Part shown: in pieces, positions 37,716-48,168 of the stretch | Layout: each line of letters begins with the position of its first letter | Position numbering within the stretch: the stretch's first letter is position 1 | IMG/VR virus record: IMGVR_UViG_3300014204_000014 | Coordinates: 12,851-76,850 of that record | DNA from: a virus | Lineage: Duplodnaviria > Caudoviricetes | DNA: 64,000 bases | Direction: 5' to 3' (one strand) | Position numbers and translations under genes: made by a program | The notes under the pieces: model-generated | Told to the model about the DNA's origin: nothing | Database searches by the model: none | What the model saw: only the letters and a program-made list of their open reading frames with translations

Positions 37716-38603
37716 ATGTTAGAAACTAAAAAGCCATTTGTTTTAGCACTTATCACTGCGCGTGGTGGATCAATTCGTTTACCTAGAAAAAATGCCTTAG
37801 ATTTTCTCGGACATCCTTTGGTTGCCTGGAGCATTATTCAAGCGCGATGCTCACGGCTCGTGGACCTCACGGTTTTAACGACCGATGACGATGAGCTGGC
37901 TGATATAGGTAGACGGTATGGAGCAAAAGTAATTCGTCGTCCTGTTATGGATAATGATACTACTGCTGGTGTTCCTTTTAGAATGGCTGTTGAAGAATTA
38001 GAAAAAGAAGGTATTTTTGCTGATGAAATAATTTCAATCCTTCCTACTAGTCCACTAAAAAAAGTTTCTGATATAGATGATTTAATTAATGCATTTCATT
38101 TAGTAAATCAATTTGAAGATTGTACAGATATGGGTATCTATTGCCCAGAAAGAGAATGCTTTGTATATGAAAATTTATCAGATATGACTGCTACTTATGG
38201 AAAGCCTTATTATGTTAAATTAAAATTAGCTGATAAGTCTTGGAGATATTCAGAATTAGGTGGTGGCTGGGGTATAGCAAAAAAAGATTGGCTGATGAAT
38301 ACTTGGAAGAGTAATCCAGTTTCTGATACTGTTATTGATGATAGTTTAGCTGATTATATTCCTAATAATCAAAAACTTTTAGGGTATGCTATTGAGCCGT
38401 GGCAATGTTTTGAAACTGATTACGCAAGTTATTTTAGAATATGTGAAGCTCTTATGGATGAATTTATTTTGCATGGTCAAGGAATGGAAGTATATACAAG
38501 ATACGCTAGGGAGTTTAGGCGAATAGTTACATGGGAAGAAAAAACTGAGCAACCAGAACTTTTAGATGTATCAAAATGCATTGGTAATTTAAATCAATTA
38601 TAA
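37716..38603 (+). CDS. Acylneuraminate cytidylyltransferase-like enzyme (NeuA/PseF/LegF family)
   Basis: ITARGGSIRLPRKN, GHPLVAWSI, LTTDDDE, YGAKVIRRP, ILPTSPLK (cf. LQPTSPLR; not the KdsB QGDEP), ETDYASYF (cf. DIDT.EDF). Confidence 0.88.
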   Translation: MLETKKPFVLALITARGGSIRLPRKNALDFLGHPLVAWSIIQARCSRLVDLTVLTTDDDELADIGRRYGAKVIRRPVMDNDTTAGVPFRMAVEELEKEGIFADEIISILPTSPLKKVSDIDDLINAFHLVNQFEDCTDMGIYCPERECFVYENLSDMTATYGKPYYVKLKLADKSWRYSELGGGWGIAKKDWLMNTWKSNPVSDTVIDDSLADYIPNNQKLLGYAIEPWQCFETDYASYFRICEALMDEFILHGQGMEVYTRYAREFRRIVTWEEKTEQPELLDVSKCIGNLNQL

Positions 38604-38612
38604 GGAATAAAT

Positions 38613-40094
38613 ATGTCAGAAAAAGAATTAGGCGGAGTAAAAGAATGGGCGGAAGGGAATCCTGAATTAAATACTGAATCTAAGATTAATTGCGATTCGG
38701 CAAAATATAATGCCGGTACTAAGCAGATGCAGTTGATTCATGAGATATTAAATAGTGCTATGAATTGGAAGCCTATAGTGGATAGAATAAAATCAGGTAA
38801 GGCTAGAGATATTTCCGAGGAGCCAAAAGTAATAGAAAATAAAACTTGCTTTATTATTGGCTCTGGGCCATCGCTTGACGATTCTATTGAATATCTAAAA
38901 GAATGGAAGGGCGGAATAATCTGTTCAACTTCTCATGCTTTGACATTAATGCACTATGGAATTGAGCCTACACATATTTTAATGCTTGATCCATTTTGTT
39001 GCTGGGATGAAATAAAAGGAGTTGACTGGAGTAAGACTAGAACAAAGTTAATTGCCCATCCTGGCTGCTATCCTGATATTATAGAGAATTGGCCTAATGA
39101 GATTTTATTATACTTGCAGAATAGTGGGCGAGTTGGAGCTTTTTATCAAGATGAACAGATGAAAATGTATACATGGCGCGATGGAGATTTTAGGCGAAGC
39201 ACTTTTCATTTTTATATTCGTACTAATATAACTATTTTTGCTTGCTCTCCTCCTATGCAATTATTCGTAGGCGAAATGTTAGGTTATGATACTTTCTTTT
39301 TAGCAGGATGTGATTTTGCTTTCCATTCAGATAAAGATCGTTTTACTGAATATACTATAAATAAAAAACTGAATGAATTTAATTGTTACAATGATAATTT
39401 AACCGAAGAAGATTGGGAAAAGCATGAGCACATATTCGATCCTAATCAGAAGGACTTAGTAAAAACTAATAATGGATTGTGGACTAAGGAAATTCATATT
39501 TACTATAAAAAGAATTTCCTTTCAGCATGGCGCTTATGCGAAAAAACAGTTTATACTACTGATCATGGCGCAATGACTGAAATTCCCTATCACGATATAA
39601 AGGCAGTAATAAAAAAGCAGGGTGATTTCCCTAAGCAAAGTAAATTCTTTATTGAGGATACTACAGAAAGATATTTAGAGGGAGTAGGATTATTTATTAT
39701 TGAAACGAATATGGGCAAGGCTTTTGTGGAATCATATAAGCCTGAATCTGAATTGCCTATTTATATGAAAGAGACAATGAGGAGATATGTTTGCGATACT
39801 TGTGGATCAAAAATGACTTCTAATAATTATGTTTATAGATTAAAATGGAAGGAAAAATTAGAAGATAAAGTTGAAGATTTTTCTAACCAAGAAGCTTTGC
39901 TGAGTAGATATACTGAATTGAAGTTGAATAAAAATATTATAGGTACTATTGAGATAATGGATGTATCTAATTTATTCCATGATGATGAAGAATGCCCTGC
40001 TTGCAAAAAAGGTAAGGTGCATAGGGAAGTAATTGTGGATATTGAGGCTAATATGAAACGGATTATGGAACGAATGCCGAAGAAGACTGTATGA
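38613..40094 (+). CDS. Maf / DUF115 (MptE-like) family putative nonulosonate transferase with C-terminal zinc ribbon
   Basis: CFIIGSGPSLDDSIEYLK, LMHYGIEPTHILMLDP, LGYDTFFLAGCDFAF; CDTC and CPAC pairs near the C-terminus. Confidence 0.75.
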   Translation: MSEKELGGVKEWAEGNPELNTESKINCDSAKYNAGTKQMQLIHEILNSAMNWKPIVDRIKSGKARDISEEPKVIENKTCFIIGSGPSLDDSIEYLKEWKGGIICSTSHALTLMHYGIEPTHILMLDPFCCWDEIKGVDWSKTRTKLIAHPGCYPDIIENWPNEILLYLQNSGRVGAFYQDEQMKMYTWRDGDFRRSTFHFYIRTNITIFACSPPMQLFVGEMLGYDTFFLAGCDFAFHSDKDRFTEYTINKKLNEFNCYNDNLTEEDWEKHEHIFDPNQKDLVKTNNGLWTKEIHIYYKKNFLSAWRLCEKTVYTTDHGAMTEIPYHDIKAVIKKQGDFPKQSKFFIEDTTERYLEGVGLFIIETNMGKAFVESYKPESELPIYMKETMRRYVCDTCGSKMTSNNYVYRLKWKEKLEDKVEDFSNQEALLSRYTELKLNKNIIGTIEIMDVSNLFHDDEECPACKKGKVHREVIVDIEANMKRIMERMPKKTV

Positions 40095-40915
40095 GAAAAG
40101 AAGATTTTGATTTTTCAGATATAGACAATAGATTTGTTAATGAAAATATCGGTTTAATAAAATATGCTTTAAAAGATTTTTATTGGGTAAAGGATTGGGA
40201 AGATGTTTTTCAGGAAGCTTGCATTTGGCTACTCATGGCAAAAAAGAAATTTGATAATAGAAAATCAGCATGGGTAACTTATGCGAGCAAGTTTATTTTA
40301 TGGCAATATCATATTTATAGAGGGCGAGATAAAGCGCAATATCGTTCTCCTGAAAAGGCAGGATTTACAGTTTCTAGTTTAGATAAAATATCTGAGACTA
40401 GAGATATTGGCTATAAAGATACATTTGAAGATGACTTGGAAATAAAAATGTTTAATGAATCTATAATCGATATGATTCCAGAAAAGCGTACTAAGGAAAT
40501 TATTAGGTTAGCTTTATTGGGATATAATCAGCCGCAGATAGCAAAGAAATTTGGCATATCCCATCAAAGGATTCAGCAGATTTATAAAACAGAATTAGAT
40601 AAACTAAAAAAGGAGATAGACTCAATGAAGAAAATGCTAGTATATATTTCAGGGCCGATGAGAGGAAAATTAGACTTAAACAAAGCAGCCTTTGAACAAG
40701 CAGAGAATTATATAATTAGCCTTGGCCATACTCCAGTGAATCCACATAATCTAACTAAAGATTTAATTAATCCTTCTGTTGAAGAATGCTTAAAGGTAGA
40801 TATAAAAAATCTTTTATCGTGTGATGCTATACATATGCTTGATGGATGGAAAGGTTCAAAAGGCGCGAAGCTTGAATATGATATAGCAAAAGCGATTGGC
40901 TTAAAAGTGATATGA
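40091..40915 (+). CDS. Sigma-70-family factor fused in frame to a DUF4406 (nucleoside deoxyribosyltransferase-like) domain
   Basis: NENIGLI..EDVFQEACIWLLMAKKKFD (region 2), GYNQPQIAKKFGISHQRIQQI (region 4), then VYISGPMRG...VNPH...CDAIHMLDGWKGSKGAKLEYDIAKAIG. Confidence 0.8.
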   Translation: MRKEDFDFSDIDNRFVNENIGLIKYALKDFYWVKDWEDVFQEACIWLLMAKKKFDNRKSAWVTYASKFILWQYHIYRGRDKAQYRSPEKAGFTVSSLDKISETRDIGYKDTFEDDLEIKMFNESIIDMIPEKRTKEIIRLALLGYNQPQIAKKFGISHQRIQQIYKTELDKLKKEIDSMKKMLVYISGPMRGKLDLNKAAFEQAENYIISLGHTPVNPHNLTKDLINPSVEECLKVDIKNLLSCDAIHMLDGWKGSKGAKLEYDIAKAIGLKVI

Positions 40916-41330
40916 AGAATTTAGTTATTCAGGTAACGGAAAATCCTGATTCCTCTGTACAAATAAAAGTATATGAGGAAGCAAAGGATGAATCTACAGA
41001 AAATGAATTTAATACTTGTGAAGATATAATTGAAATGATAAATTATTATGTTTATGGGGATGAGATGGATAAAACTGTAGAAGAAATAGTTAAGAATATG
41101 AAAGATCAGAATAAGGAGCAAAATAATGGTGAAAGTCCAGTGTGAATATATAATAATTGATGGTGGAATAAAAAGTATGGATGCTATAAGAATAGATGAT
41201 CCTTCAAGTACGGGATTTGAAAAGGCTACCGCTAATTATATTTTAGCATTATTCAAGGAAGCTAGTAAGACAATAAAAACTCCCAAAAATGAAGTGGATG
41301 ATATACTAAAAAATATAGGTACAAATCCTG

Positions 41331-41840
41331 ATGCTAACCAACAAAATTAAAGCAGCACTATTTGATTATTATACTTTTCAGCGAGGAAGCGAATTAGTTT
41401 GCACTGAATTATGGGACGGATTTAATATAGCAGATATGATCGTATTAAAGAAAAAGGTAATAACAGAAATAGAAATAAAAGTTACCTATGCTGACTTGAA
41501 AAATGAATTAAATAAAATTAAAACCCGTTATGATATTGAACAGAAATATATAAATTATACAAAGCATGATATTATTGCCAACCCTAATTATCCATTCCCT
41601 AATAAATTCTATTTTTGCGTCCCTACGGAATTAATAGAAAAAGCTTTACATTTTGCAAACAAATTGAATCCTTTATATGGTGTTATTGAATTCACTAATA
41701 AAAGAATTAAGCATTCAATTAAGATTATTAAGCCAGCAAAAATGCTCCATAAGGTAGATAATTCTATAAATTACTCTCATAGAATGGCGGATAGAATGTG
41801 TGATGATTTAGCTAGAAAATATTTTCTACTTTATTTTTAA
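41331..41840 (+). CDS. PD-(D/E)XK nuclease-like protein (MmcB-like)
   Basis: IADMIV...EIEIKVTYADL...PNKFYFCVP. Confidence 0.7.
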   Translation: MLTNKIKAALFDYYTFQRGSELVCTELWDGFNIADMIVLKKKVITEIEIKVTYADLKNELNKIKTRYDIEQKYINYTKHDIIANPNYPFPNKFYFCVPTELIEKALHFANKLNPLYGVIEFTNKRIKHSIKIIKPAKMLHKVDNSINYSHRMADRMCDDLARKYFLLYF

Positions 41841-41865
41841 CGAAAAATATTATATAATATATAGT

Positions 41866-42420
41866 ATGAAAACAGTAAAAACGTCTGCTAAGAAAACCAA
41901 TAAAAAAACTTTAACAAAGCCTACAATGAAAAGTCCTGAAAAGGAAGATCGAAGGGGGAATCCAAAATATGCTCCTTGGATGGATAATGTGGCAAAAGCC
42001 CTAGCTAAAGAAGGTAGAAAAGATTTATACATATATAAAGTATTGGGAATATCAGAAGCAACAGGAATTAGTTATAAGAAGAAATATCCTAGTTTTCTTA
42101 AAGCATTGAACGATGGTTTTGCAGAGCCAATAAAAATAGCAGAGAATAACTTGTTTAAATTAGTAAAAGGTTATTCAGAACCAAATCGTGAAAAGTTATT
42201 TGTAGTTAGTGATGGGGCTAAAAATGGGGCTCATGTTGAAAGAGTAAAAGTAGTTGAACATTTTGAACCTAATCTTAGAGCGATAGAATACTTTTTAAAT
42301 AATAAAAAGCCTAGAAAGAAATATCCTGAGGATGGATATGGTGAAATGATTGAAGTAAATGGATCTATGAATTACAAAATAATTCCTGATAATGAACTAG
42401 AGGAAAAAGATGATCAATAG
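41866..42420 (+). CDS. Terminase small subunit
   Basis: HTH IYKVLGISEATGISYKKKYPSFLKAL; ENNLFKLVKGY; PNLRAIEYFLNNK; upstream of TerL. Confidence 0.8.
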   Translation: MKTVKTSAKKTNKKTLTKPTMKSPEKEDRRGNPKYAPWMDNVAKALAKEGRKDLYIYKVLGISEATGISYKKKYPSFLKALNDGFAEPIKIAENNLFKLVKGYSEPNREKLFVVSDGAKNGAHVERVKVVEHFEPNLRAIEYFLNNKKPRKKYPEDGYGEMIEVNGSMNYKIIPDNELEEKDDQ

Positions 42421-42890
42421 CATAAAAACTAAAATGGAAATGGAAACTGATGAAGTAGTTTCTGTTACTTGTGATGTATGTAAAAAAGTTTATTCTAGTG
42501 ATGATATATTTGAGACTCAGGAATTTACTTATATAAGGAATGATTGTGGATATGGGTCTGTATTTGGAGACGGTGATACAATAAGTCTAGATATTTGTCA
42601 GCATTGCTTGAAAGAAATTTTAGGAAAATATATTCGAACAAAAGAAGGAGAATGAGGGATGAATACACTGCAAAAAATAGTTTATCACGATGATGATGAT
42701 TGTGGTTGTAGATTAGAGGTTCAATTTTTTGATGATAAAATTTATTTTAGTAGTTGGTTAGGTAAATTAAATAGCGTATTTAAATTTAAACTAGATGCTG
42801 TGCAGGCGCGAAGCCTTGCTGAAGATATATTAGAAATAATTCCCGATCCAGCTATATTAGAAGATAATTTAGCAGCAATACAAGGATAAA

Positions 42891-44153
42891 ATGCCAGAAC
42901 CAACTATTGACTTGCGTGGATTTTCTCAAGGAGTAAATGATAAGTTTAGAATACTTGTCAAGGATCGCCATCCATTGCAAGTCATAGTTGGCGGAGCCAA
43001 TAGTTCAAAAAGTTATTCATATGCCCAAAAGGTAATTTATCATTGCATTAGGGAAAAGTATTATAGGTGTTTAGCTACGAGAAAAGTTAAAAAAGATGTC
43101 AAGCATTCAGTTTATGATCAATTACGAGAAGTATTATTCAGATATAAGTTAGAAAATTATTTTACTCCTAACAGATCAGAAAGTAATTTAACTTGCAAGA
43201 TAAATGGAAATGATATTTTAGGCGTAGGATTGGATGATGTAAACAAATTAAAGTCATTTACTAATCCTACTATGTTTTGGGCAGAAGAAGCAGATCAAAT
43301 GACTCCTAATGATATTGAGCAATTGTCTTTAAGGTTACGCGGCCCTGATTATTGCTTTTTCCAAGGAGGCTTAACACTCAACCCAATAAATGCTCAGCAC
43401 TGGATTAAATTAAAGTATTTTGACCATACTGATGAAAATGTTTTAACCCATCATTCTACATATAAGGATAATAAATTCCTTCCTGAGAAAATTGTTAAGC
43501 GTATGCAAAACATTACTGATCCTTATTATGTGAAGGTATATGTTAATGGAGAATGGGGAATATTTTCTAATGGAGTATTCAGCAATTATGTTATTGAAGA
43601 TTTCCCTTATACAGAAAACGATTTAGAAAATGTTTGCTATGGTATGGACTTTGGATTTACGCACGCTCAGGCTATTGAATGCGCAGGATTTAAAGATGGT
43701 GAAATATATGTATTTGATGAATTATGGGAAAAAGGTAGAACAAATCCACAATTTATTTCTGATGCTGAAGAATACTTTGGCGATAATTTATCTAATATGT
43801 GCATGACGGCTGATTCTGCCGATCCTGATAAAATAGCAGAATGGAATCAAAAAGGTTATCATGTTGAAGCGGCTAAAAAAGGTTCAGGATCATTACGATT
43901 TGGCATTGAATATCTTATAGATAAAAAGATCCATATACATGAAAGTAAATGTTCAAATTTAGCTAGGGAAATTCAGCAGTTTAAGCGTAGGGAAGACAAG
44001 GAAGGAAATGTTACTGAGGATTTTGTAGAAATAAATGATGATGGAATTGCCGCGCTTAGATATGCTACGGAATATATATGGTCAAATCTTGAAGGGACTA
44101 AATATTATGATAGCAATGATTCTGAATGGACGGCGGACGATTTAGGACTATAA
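42891..44153 (+). CDS. Terminase large subunit (PBSX-like)
   Basis: VGGANSSKS, WAEEADQ, TLNP, STYKDNKFL, GMDFGF, DDGIAALRY. Confidence 0.93.
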   Translation: MPEPTIDLRGFSQGVNDKFRILVKDRHPLQVIVGGANSSKSYSYAQKVIYHCIREKYYRCLATRKVKKDVKHSVYDQLREVLFRYKLENYFTPNRSESNLTCKINGNDILGVGLDDVNKLKSFTNPTMFWAEEADQMTPNDIEQLSLRLRGPDYCFFQGGLTLNPINAQHWIKLKYFDHTDENVLTHHSTYKDNKFLPEKIVKRMQNITDPYYVKVYVNGEWGIFSNGVFSNYVIEDFPYTENDLENVCYGMDFGFTHAQAIECAGFKDGEIYVFDELWEKGRTNPQFISDAEEYFGDNLSNMCMTADSADPDKIAEWNQKGYHVEAAKKGSGSLRFGIEYLIDKKIHIHESKCSNLAREIQQFKRREDKEGNVTEDFVEINDDGIAALRYATEYIWSNLEGTKYYDSNDSEWTADDLGL

Positions 44154-44171
44154 ACAAAAGGAGAAAAACAA

Positions 44172-44390
44172 ATGGGTGGACCAGGAAGCGGAAGGAAGAA
44201 GGGAAGTGGTGGGAAAGTTAAATATACTAAAAAAAGATTACTAAGTAAAAAGCAAGCAGATGAGATTCGTACCTTAGCAGGATCAACAGCTCCTAAAAGT
44301 GTGTATAATGCTCGATTAAATTCTATGATAAAGGGCAATCGAAAGCGCGGAGGCTTTCCTGGTTCAGCTATTAAGGGCAAAAAAGCTTGA
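44172..44390 (+). CDS. Small basic MGGPGSGR-protein 1
   Basis: GGAG RBS; MGGPGSGRKKGSGGK; K/R-rich. Confidence 0.8.
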   Translation: MGGPGSGRKKGSGGKVKYTKKRLLSKKQADEIRTLAGSTAPKSVYNARLNSMIKGNRKRGGFPGSAIKGKKA

Positions 44391-44628
44391 CAAGAATAAG
44401 GAGACTAAAATGGGATTAAGCAGAGTAGATTGTGTACATATCCATCATCCAAATTGCCCATATTATTTGGATGGTAGATTTTGTCCTAATCCATGTGAAG
44501 GATTTGTCCAGAAAGAGCCATCTGTGATAAATGTGTCCATAACTCATGATGTTATTATTGACGAACCAGAATCACAGATTACTTCTTTTGGTAGTACTAT
44601 TCATAAGAAGAAAAAGGTATAAAATAAA

Positions 44629-46143
44629 ATGGGTTTAACATTACAAAGAACTACAAAAACTATTTTATCTTCAGAGGATATATTAAAATACATATCTGAC
44701 TATGAAGTAAAAGTAGTTCCCGAATTAGACAAATTATGGGAATACTATAAAGGTAAAAATGTAAAGATCACTAAGCGTAAAATGATTGATCCTAATAATC
44801 CTGATAATAGAATTATAGTTAGCTATGCAAGAAAAATAGTTAATACTTGGACTGGATATGGCGCTCGTCCTCATTACATAACATATAAGGCTAATATAAA
44901 AGAAGTTGATAAGCCTAAAGAAAATGCTGAGGAAATAAAGGTAGTTGAAAATCCTTTAGAGAAGCAATACCTAGATGAATTATCAGTAATATTCAGGACA
45001 AATAATGAGCCAATAAAAACAAATCGCGCGTGGAGAAATATAGCTATATTCGGTGCTTCTTATGAATTGACTTATATTGATTTTGTTAATACTCCTATGG
45101 ATAAAGAGCTTCCAATAAAATCCATGCCTAAGTTTTTTACAGTTGATCCTAGGGAAATGATTTTATTATATGATTATTCTCCAGAGCCAAAAATAGTTTG
45201 TGGTATACGTTATTATAAAATGGATTCTGATTCTAAGTATAAAGTTGAAGTTTATTATTCAGATCATATTGATACTTATATTAGGGAACGTAAGGAAGAA
45301 AATAGTACAGTATGGGTATTGACTGTAGAGCAGTTAGGAATAACTAATTATTTTAATACAGTTCCTATTGTAGCTTTTTATAATGGTGACGAAATGCAAA
45401 GTATATTTGAAAATATATTAAGTTTGATTGATGCTTTTGATACCTTGTATAGCGATTCCATGAATGAATTTGATAGATTTGCTTTTGCTTATTTAGTTAT
45501 GAAGAAGTTTGGCCTAACTAATCCTACAGATAAAAAAGATCCCACTAAGTCAAATGAAAATCTAAAGAATATAAAGCGCCGGAGGGTATTTGAGCATTTG
45601 GATAAGGATGCTGAGATTTCATTCTTAACAAAAGATATTCCTACTCAATTTATTCAGTGGATGAATATAGCATTACGGGAGCAAATACATATTCAATCCC
45701 ATGTGCCTGATTTTAGTGGTGATAAAATGGCAGGGGCTTCTGGTATAGCTATACAAAGATTAATGTTTGATTTTGAAAACTTAGTATCTAGCGTTGAAGC
45801 AGATTTTGATATAGGGTTATATCACCGAATAACTTTAATAGCAGGAGTATTAAAGAAGTTAAATCGGCCTAATGGAACTAATGATATGATTATAATAAGC
45901 CATAAAAGAAATGTTCCATTAAATACTCAGGAGTTTGCTCAAACAGCAATGACTATGGCTACAGCTGGATTTAGTAGGCGAGCAATTGTAGGAGTTATGC
46001 CTGAGGATATTATTCCTGATATTGAAAAAGAATTAGAGGAGGAAAGAAAAGAACGCGAGGAGATGGTAGGACAATATAATTTAGAAGCTCCTATTGAAGA
46101 TGAAGAAATATTAGAAGAAAATGTAGAGGAAGAAAATGTCTGA
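44629..46143 (+). CDS. Portal protein (SPP1 gp6-like)
   Basis: LWEYYKGK, NRIIVSYARKIV, VPIVAFYN, LSLIDAFD..SDSMNE, SGIAIQ; acidic tail; follows TerL. Confidence 0.92.
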   Translation: MGLTLQRTTKTILSSEDILKYISDYEVKVVPELDKLWEYYKGKNVKITKRKMIDPNNPDNRIIVSYARKIVNTWTGYGARPHYITYKANIKEVDKPKENAEEIKVVENPLEKQYLDELSVIFRTNNEPIKTNRAWRNIAIFGASYELTYIDFVNTPMDKELPIKSMPKFFTVDPREMILLYDYSPEPKIVCGIRYYKMDSDSKYKVEVYYSDHIDTYIRERKEENSTVWVLTVEQLGITNYFNTVPIVAFYNGDEMQSIFENILSLIDAFDTLYSDSMNEFDRFAFAYLVMKKFGLTNPTDKKDPTKSNENLKNIKRRRVFEHLDKDAEISFLTKDIPTQFIQWMNIALREQIHIQSHVPDFSGDKMAGASGIAIQRLMFDFENLVSSVEADFDIGLYHRITLIAGVLKKLNRPNGTNDMIIISHKRNVPLNTQEFAQTAMTMATAGFSRRAIVGVMPEDIIPDIEKELEEERKEREEMVGQYNLEAPIEDEEILEENVEEENV

Positions 46144-46359
46144 AACATATTGGAATTATAGAATAGTAATAGATAAAAATGGTATGTATTCAATAAGAGA
46201 AGTTTATTATAATGAAGATAATTCTATTTATATGTGTAGTGAAGAGCCAGAAGGAGTTAGTGGAGAATCATTAGAAGATTTAAAATTATGCTTTGAGCAT
46301 ATGAAATTAGCTTTTGGTAAACCTTGTCTGATAGAAGAAAATATAGTTTATAAGGATAG

Positions 46360-47328
46360 ATGATGGACATAAAAAAGTTAGAGCATTCTGCTTACACATT
46401 CTTGGCTAATAGGGAAAATATTTATTCTCGACAAATCCAGCAGGAATTGGCTAATGCTCTAACTTCTATCTATGGTGAAATGAAAAAGATTTATAATAAG
46501 TTTGCAGTAAATGGTGTATTAACAAAATCAGAAATGACAAAATATAATAAGTATTCTACGATGGAAAAAGACATTTTACGAAAGCTCGATCCTGCAATAA
46601 AGGCTAATATAAAAAGTATAAAGCATTTATTACCTGAGCAATTTAATGAAAGCTTTTTCCATTATGCTTGGGCAATAGATAATGCTACAGGATTAAGGCT
46701 ATCCTGGGGAATGGTTAATACAAAATCATTATTACAAATCTTTGATATTACCAATCCTAAAAACCTAGAATTGAAAGAAGCATTAAGCAATTATGGCCCA
46801 ACTGCAAAGAAAAGAATTCGTTCAGCTTTATTATCAGGATTAAGTCAAGGTAAAAGTTATGACCAAATGGCTAGAGATTTAAAAAAGGTTATGAATAAGA
46901 TTTATAGCTCTGCAATAACTATTGTAAGGACTGAAGGGCAATCAGCTATAAATGCTGGCCAGTCTTTAGCGTATGCTCGCGCGCAGGAAAATGGTGTTAA
47001 GGGAAATGAAATGTGGGATTCTACAAGGGATCAAAAAACTCGTTACGATCATAGACATGCTGATGGAAAGTTTAGAAATGAAAATGGTAAATTTTGGGTA
47101 GGAGGAGAGGAGGCAGATTATCCAGGTGATCCAAATTTATCAGCGGAGAATAGAATAAATTGCCGCTGTTCTACACATTTTGAAATAGAAGGATATTCAC
47201 CAGAGTTAATGCGAACTAGAGAAGAAGGGATTCTGCCTAGAATGAGCTATGATGCTTATGCAGAGCAATATCATCCTGAATGGGTAGAGCAAGAAAAGAA
47301 ATTTTTAGCTAGAAAAAATAAGGAGTAA
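46360..47328 (+). CDS. Minor head protein (SPP1 gp7 / MuF-like)
   Basis: IVRTEGQSAIN, WDSTRDQKTRYDHRHADG, YPGDP, INCRC. Confidence 0.9.
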   Translation: MMDIKKLEHSAYTFLANRENIYSRQIQQELANALTSIYGEMKKIYNKFAVNGVLTKSEMTKYNKYSTMEKDILRKLDPAIKANIKSIKHLLPEQFNESFFHYAWAIDNATGLRLSWGMVNTKSLLQIFDITNPKNLELKEALSNYGPTAKKRIRSALLSGLSQGKSYDQMARDLKKVMNKIYSSAITIVRTEGQSAINAGQSLAYARAQENGVKGNEMWDSTRDQKTRYDHRHADGKFRNENGKFWVGGEEADYPGDPNLSAENRINCRCSTHFEIEGYSPELMRTREEGILPRMSYDAYAEQYHPEWVEQEKKFLARKNKE

Positions 47329-47331
47329 AGT

Positions 47332-47568
47332 ATGGGTGGACCAGGAAGTGGAAGGAAGCGAGGATCAGGAAGTACAAGATCATCTACTAGAAGTGGTGAA
47401 ACTAAATTTGGTATGAAGGTACATAAATATAAAACAAAGGCTAGTGCTGAGCAAGCTATGGGCCAGAGTAGAAAAGCTAGAGAAAAAAGATATGCTGAAT
47501 ATAAAAAAAGAATGGCAAAGGAGACTGCAAAAATTATTAATAGGCCAAGAAAAGGAAAAGTAATTTAA
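47332..47568 (+). CDS. Small basic MGGPGSGR-protein 2
   Basis: AAGGAG RBS; MGGPGSGRKRGSGS; K/R-rich. Confidence 0.8.
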   Translation: MGGPGSGRKRGSGSTRSSTRSGETKFGMKVHKYKTKASAEQAMGQSRKAREKRYAEYKKRMAKETAKIINRPRKGKVI

Positions 47569-47581
47569 ATAAGGATTTATA

Positions 47582-47878
47582 ATGGACTTTAAAATCCCTA
47601 AACAGCTTTATCTCGGAGCGCAAAAAATAGTTATAGAAAATGTAGATCGAATAACTGATGGGGAAAAGGATTTTATAGGATTTGCATTTTATACAGAAGG
47701 CAAGATTGAAATAAAAAAAGATAAAAGCTGTTCTAAGGATTATAAAGATTACTTATTTTTCCATGAGTTAGTTCATCATATTCTTTATCAGATTCAGGAA
47801 GAAAAATTAAGCCAAGATGAAAAGTTTATAAGTAGGTTTGCTATATTATTGCATCAAGCAATTATTACTATGAAATAA
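47582..47878 (+). CDS. Small HExxH metallopeptidase-like protein
   Basis: FFHELVHHIL motif. Confidence 0.6.
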   Translation: MDFKIPKQLYLGAQKIVIENVDRITDGEKDFIGFAFYTEGKIEIKKDKSCSKDYKDYLFFHELVHHILYQIQEEKLSQDEKFISRFAILLHQAIITMK

Positions 47879-47889
47879 AGGAGAATAAA

Positions 47890-48153
47890 ATGGGTGGACC
47901 AGGAAGCGGTAGACGAAAAGGTGGTGGGAGAGGTAAGATAAGTATTAAGAATCCGGTTACAGGTAAAAAAGAAAGAGCTGGTATAGCAAGTTCAAAGGCT
48001 ATGCTTGCAAACAAAAGAATAAGTAATGCAAATAAAAATTTAGGTGGTCGTAGTCTTAAAGGGCAAAGTCATTCCGCAAAAACATTACGTAAGTCAACAA
48101 AAACATATATGAATGCAAGTGGGCAACAAATTTCCCGAGGTTATTCTAGATAA
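47890..48153 (+). CDS. Small basic MGGPGSGR-protein 3
   Basis: GGAG RBS; MGGPGSGRRKGGGRGK; K/R-rich. Confidence 0.8.
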   Translation: MGGPGSGRRKGGGRGKISIKNPVTGKKERAGIASSKAMLANKRISNANKNLGGRSLKGQSHSAKTLRKSTKTYMNASGQQISRGYSR

Positions 48154-48168
48154 AATAAGGATTATGAA

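Noticed and set aside
41850-42032. Minus-strand hydrophobic ORFs opposite basic proteins (41850, 44105, 50113)
   Set aside because: Hydrophobicity is the mirror of AAA/AAG lysine codons on the coding strand; no promoter or RBS.
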